This document shows positions 28,008 to 32,000 of a DNA stretch of 32,000 bases, in pieces. A program made the position numbers and the translations under genes. The notes below the pieces were generated by a model. It did not search any database, had not been told where the DNA came from, and was given only the letters and a program-made list of their open reading frames with translations. The stretch comes from Promethearchaeia archaeon (GTDB taxonomy: Archaea > Asgardarchaeota > Lokiarchaeia > Sigyniarchaeales > SOKP01), in NCBI GenBank assembly GCA_046497275.1, contig JAWOFX010000080.1, positions 45,562-77,561 of the forward strand, written 5' to 3'. Numbering within the stretch: position 1 is the first letter of the stretch; each line of letters opens with the position of its first letter.

Positions 28008-29384
28008 TTAACTTGAAAATGAGATATCATCGATTACCATTGTCGGTGCGTCCATCTTCAGCGCAGTTCGAGCTATATCATTTCCAACCATTGTAATTTT
28101 TTCTAAAGCTTTGACAAAATTTCCAGAAAGGCTAATATTATCTAATGGATGTTGAATTTCTCCATTTTTTACTAAAAAAGCATTATTGGAAATCAAACTA
28201 AAATCTCCAGATAGCACGTTAGCAGTATGGAGTCCTTTTGGATAACCTTCAATATAAATAGCATGGTCATGTTCAGCAATGATTTGATTAAAATCTTTTT
28301 TTCCCGGATTTATCATAAATTTATGTGCTCCAACTAAGGGTGTTTGTTCAAAAGGTATTCCTCCGAACATAGTGGTTCTTACTGCATTTCCAGTACTAGA
28401 TGTCTCTGCTGCGTTCCCATAGCGATGGTCATAAAGAAATGTTTTGAAAATACCATCAGAAATTATTTGTGTCCTCTGAACAGATGATCCTTCGGTATCA
28501 ATAGCAACAGTCCCGATGGATTTCACATCTTGACCATTATCATATAAATTTAGCCATTTTGGAGCAATTTGACTGCCTAATTTTTCTTGTAAAGGGTTTG
28601 CTTTTTGGACATATGTGGAACCATCAAATAAGGCATTCATAGCGAAACTAAAGACTATTGATGCAGTCTTTGGATGAAGGATCAAAGTTAATTTTTCGGA
28701 TTTTCCAAACGGGACATTATCTAGGCTGTTCATTGCTTTCTGAAAAGCAAAATTAGCGATTCCAGCTAAATCTTGGTAGGTTCTTCCAGATCGAGTTTCA
28801 TAATAAGTTTTTCGTTGATTTCCTTTTGCTAATATGACTCCAGATGAGTTTTCATGAGAAGTATGTAGAGTTGCTTGATGACATCCTTCAGTAGTAGCAA
28901 TTGCATAACCATGCCATTGCACGGTAAAATCATTATCTACTGCTACGATTAAATCATTCGAAAGATCTAATCCATCCAAGGCAATATCTATATCTGCGAT
29001 TAATTTGTCTGCTTCAATTTGTAAAATCTCAGGATCTAAAATTCCTTCTTGTCCAGAGTGATTACTAGCTATGAAACCCGGAAAATTTGGAGTTTCAGGA
29101 CTTTTTTGTGCAATTTGGTATGCTTTTTCTAAACTTGCTTTCAAAGCAGATTTAGTAAAACCAGTACAAGATGAAAATCCAACTTTTTTCCCGATAGCAA
29201 CCCGAAGACCGACACCTTCGATTCTTCCTCCACGAGCACTAATTTTTCCCTTTTGTTCATTCACATCTATACGATTTTGTTTAAAAACGAATGCTTCCGC
29301 ACTTGGGATGTTCATATCTCGTGCATATTTGATAGCATCCTCCGCAATTTGTAGAATATTACTCCGAATTTCTTCTAATTCCAT
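28008..29384 (-). CDS. pmbA: PmbA/TldE family protein
   Basis: GVGLRV, IDTEG, TGNA, SGDFS and ISLSGN patterns; no HExxH; TAATG overlap with tldD. Confidence 0.88.
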   Translation of the reverse strand: MELEEIRSNILQIAEDAIKYARDMNIPSAEAFVFKQNRIDVNEQKGKISARGGRIEGVGLRVAIGKKVGFSSCTGFTKSALKASLEKAYQIAQKSPETPNFPGFIASNHSGQEGILDPEILQIEADKLIADIDIALDGLDLSNDLIVAVDNDFTVQWHGYAIATTEGCHQATLHTSHENSSGVILAKGNQRKTYYETRSGRTYQDLAGIANFAFQKAMNSLDNVPFGKSEKLTLILHPKTASIVFSFAMNALFDGSTYVQKANPLQEKLGSQIAPKWLNLYDNGQDVKSIGTVAIDTEGSSVQRTQIISDGIFKTFLYDHRYGNAAETSSTGNAVRTTMFGGIPFEQTPLVGAHKFMINPGKKDFNQIIAEHDHAIYIEGYPKGLHTANVLSGDFSLISNNAFLVKNGEIQHPLDNISLSGNFVKALEKITMVGNDIARTALKMDAPTMVIDDISFSS

Positions 29385-30811
29385 TATTTACTACCTCCAA
29401 TTAATACTTCATTTACTAATAAATCAGGACCACCCATTCCACAAAATAGAGGAAATTGTCCTGCTTTGCCACATCCTCCGAAGATCCCTGTTCTTAACTT
29501 AAATCGGGTAGTTGCGCCTTTTATTTGCTTTAGAAAATCAAGAATATTCCCTGATAAAGCTACATCTCTAATCGGATATTTGATTTCTCCATCTTCTACA
29601 TAAAAACCACGAGAACATTGGAATAAAAAGTTTCCATCCATCCCTACTTGACCACCCGAAGATTTTATAGCATAAATTCCTGTTCCAAGTTGTTCTAGAG
29701 CTTCATCCACAGATAAAGTTCCAGGAGTAAAATAAGTATTTTTCATACGTGGGATGGGGGGATGCATATAATTTACAGCTCTGCTATTTCCTGTAGTGTC
29801 CATATCTAGTTTATTAGCACATCCTCGATTAAGAAGAAATCCCTTTAATATGCCCTTCTCTAGTAAAATTGTCTTTTGAGTTGCAGAACCTTGGTCATCA
29901 AAAGGAAAATAATGAGCACTGTCAGAATCCGTAATCCCTTCGTCAATAATGGTTGCGTGTTTTGTTCCTAATTGATTACCTAATTGTCCTGCAAGAGGAG
30001 AAACACCATTCACAATTCTATCACCTTCAGTTAAATGTCCGAAACTCTCGTGCGCTAAAACTCCCGATAAAATGGGGCCAATTAATGCACTATATTTTCC
30101 TGATTTGATAGCTTTTGCATTTAAATTAGCTTTACAATATTCTCCAGCCTTTTTACCCACATATTCGGGTGTGGATTCTTTCTGCTTGAAAGCTTCTAAT
30201 CCTAAAGATGATACTGCTTGTTCCATTCCCATTCTCTGTTCTCCAGAATCAGTCATCCCAATAGCAAGCCCCCCAATATTTACGATTAGAGGGTGCCATA
30301 TAATCTCAGAGCCTTCACTGTTGACAAAGAGCTTCTCTCCCCAATATTCACCATAAAGAACTTTACTCGCTTTTAAATCAAGAATTTCATGCATATTTTC
30401 ATCGATTCGATCGAGTAATTCAATTTTTGTTGAGATTTCTATATCTTTAGGATGAAGTTTTCCTCGACTTGGAATCTTTTCTTTTTTAGGAGATCGATTT
30501 TTAATAGGTAGCTTCAATTTATTTCTTCGTGAACTTGCTTTTGCAATCGAGAACGCAGTAGTAACCGCTTCCTCTATACTTTTCTGAGATAATTCTGGAG
30601 TAAAACTTGCTCCTTCTGAACCCTCATAATAAGCCATAATGCCTATCCCTCTTCTGAGTTTACTATCTGCTTTTTCGAGTTCTTCATTTACTTTTGATAA
30701 ATTCGTAAGTATAATATTGTCATATCGAGCTTCTATAAAGCTAGCACCTAATTTCTCACCAAATTTTACTGCTTTGTGAAGTAAATCGAAAACATATTCA
30801 TTATTCGTCAT
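29384..30811 (-). CDS. tldD: TldD family metallopeptidase
   Basis: HESFGHLTEGD (HExxGH), FDDQG, TGNSRA, PRMKNT, CGKAGQ. Confidence 0.92.
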   Translation of the reverse strand: MTNNEYVFDLLHKAVKFGEKLGASFIEARYDNIILTNLSKVNEELEKADSKLRRGIGIMAYYEGSEGASFTPELSQKSIEEAVTTAFSIAKASSRRNKLKLPIKNRSPKKEKIPSRGKLHPKDIEISTKIELLDRIDENMHEILDLKASKVLYGEYWGEKLFVNSEGSEIIWHPLIVNIGGLAIGMTDSGEQRMGMEQAVSSLGLEAFKQKESTPEYVGKKAGEYCKANLNAKAIKSGKYSALIGPILSGVLAHESFGHLTEGDRIVNGVSPLAGQLGNQLGTKHATIIDEGITDSDSAHYFPFDDQGSATQKTILLEKGILKGFLLNRGCANKLDMDTTGNSRAVNYMHPPIPRMKNTYFTPGTLSVDEALEQLGTGIYAIKSSGGQVGMDGNFLFQCSRGFYVEDGEIKYPIRDVALSGNILDFLKQIKGATTRFKLRTGIFGGCGKAGQFPLFCGMGGPDLLVNEVLIGGSK

Positions 30812-31376
30812 AATATGTTAAAAACTGTGTTACTATAAAATTTATTTTTTTCAATAAATCCATTTAGTGTTTATATTGTATCGTTTGGTTTAAAATTTCG
30901 CTAATAATTTTGAGATACGAGAAAACATTTCTTTTTAAAGAAACAGATAATAGTCTTGCTCTCTTCTCACCGTATTAAATTAATTAGCTTGAACGAGAAA
31001 TAGTGGAATACTTTCCTCGATTGGATCTTCTTTTTCAAAACAAAGATTGAATATCATTAGATCAAATTCTAAATTTTCTATAAATTTATTCAAATTAAAA
31101 TAAATTGTTCAAAGAGGATATGATGGATGATTAAAATTTTAATTTTTTCCATTTCCAAGAAGCTGGTAATATTGATCAATCAGCTTGCTGTTTTAATACT
31201 TTTTTTATTTTTTTTATATTATATAAGACATACTTATCTTTCTATTATGTGTAGTGGCGCTGTTCATACATTCTATAGAACTCCAATCTTTTAGGTTTTA
31301 TAGTCTTATAGTCTTATATTAGAAAATTTCTGAAATTTGAGAAAAAAAGAGAAAAAATATATTTTAATTTTGAATG

Positions 31377-32000
31377 TTACTCTCCCCAGCAAAACATATC
31401 ATATGTTGGTTCTTCGCTTAGTTGTCCATCTTTAATCCAAATATTTTTTCCTAATGGATGTTGTGATACAACTTGAGCAATTCTTGGATCATGAGTCACA
31501 ATAACGACTGTTTTACCATTTTCAGCAAGCTTAATTAAAAGATCTACAATGGATTTTCCCGTTTCTGAATCTAAATTTCCTGTGGGTTCATCTGCTAATA
31601 TTATTTTTGGATCATTGATTAAGGCACGAGCAATAGCGATTCTCTGTGATTCCCCACCTGATAATTTTCCTACTTTACTTTCTCCTCGATTCCCCAATCC
31701 AACTAAATCAAGCAATTCTTGCGCTCTTTGTCTATTTTCTGATTTAATTCCATAGGGAATTAATGGGATTAGAATATTATCCATAACATTTAGATTTGGC
31801 AATAAATAAAAAGTCTGAAAAACAAAGCCTATCATTTCTTTTCTATAAGTAGCAAGTTTTCTTTCGGGGACAGAACTTATATCCGTTCCCCCCACTATCA
31901 CATTTCCCGAGGTTGGACTGTCCATAGCACCTAAAAGATTAAGTAAGGTACTTTTTCCACTTCCAGAAGGGCCCATAATGGTTATTATCTTACCCTCTTC
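31377..32000 (-). CDS. ABC transporter ATP-binding protein (LolD/MacB-like), 5' end beyond the window
   Basis: GPSGSGKST, LSGGESQR, ILADEPTGNLD; frame is open to the window edge (EEGKIITI). Confidence 0.92.
   Translation of the reverse strand, partial: EEGKIITIMGPSGSGKSTLLNLLGAMDSPTSGNVIVGGTDISSVPERKLATYRKEMIGFVFQTFYLLPNLNVMDNILIPLIPYGIKSENRQRAQELLDLVGLGNRGESKVGKLSGGESQRIAIARALINDPKIILADEPTGNLDSETGKSIVDLLIKLAENGKTVVIVTHDPRIAQVVSQHPLGKNIWIKDGQLSEEPTYDMFCWGE

Noticed and set aside
29071-30356. Plus-strand ORFs 29071-29502 and 30072-30356
   Set aside because: Antisense to the well-supported pmbA and tldD genes.
30812-31376. Possible small gene in the 560-bp gap between tldD and the ABC ATPase
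   Set aside because: Only short ORFs in the frames I checked, with no SD or motif; very AT-rich.

Overview
AT-rich archaeal window. GGAGGTGA-type Shine-Dalgarno sites, PAN, an archaeal MtaB-type methylthiotransferase and a Sec-type Vhu hydrogenase together suggest an Asgard/Lokiarchaeia-like genome (inference). Layout: (1) 1-5903, minus-strand hdrC-hdrB-split hdrA-mvhD(+wHTH)-hdrA operon; (2) 6003-6808, three tandem paralogous 8-Cys microproteins, the middle one missed by the ORF track because its only plausible start is ATT; (3) ~6960-14420, a decaying toxin-antitoxin island with three HEPN/MNT pairs, a deleted inverted copy of one pair, a VapC pseudogene, DUF433/DUF5615, several dispersed duplications and a cold-shock protein; (4) an oxidoreductase, PAN, hypotheticals including a LITAF-like Zn-membrane protein, and mtaB; (5) minus-strand vhuG-vhuA-hdrC-hdrB followed by an unannotated 50-aa selenoprotein gene vhuU (in-frame TGA in RCYDC-U-LSCAAH) with a eukaryote-like SECIS candidate whose AUGA core contains the gene's own UGA stop; (6) a frameshifted membrane protein, fdhD, pmbA/tldD and a partial ABC ATPase. 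No tRNA, rRNA, CRISPR array or transposase was recognised. All coordinates and translations beyond the supplied track were read by hand; no database search was run.
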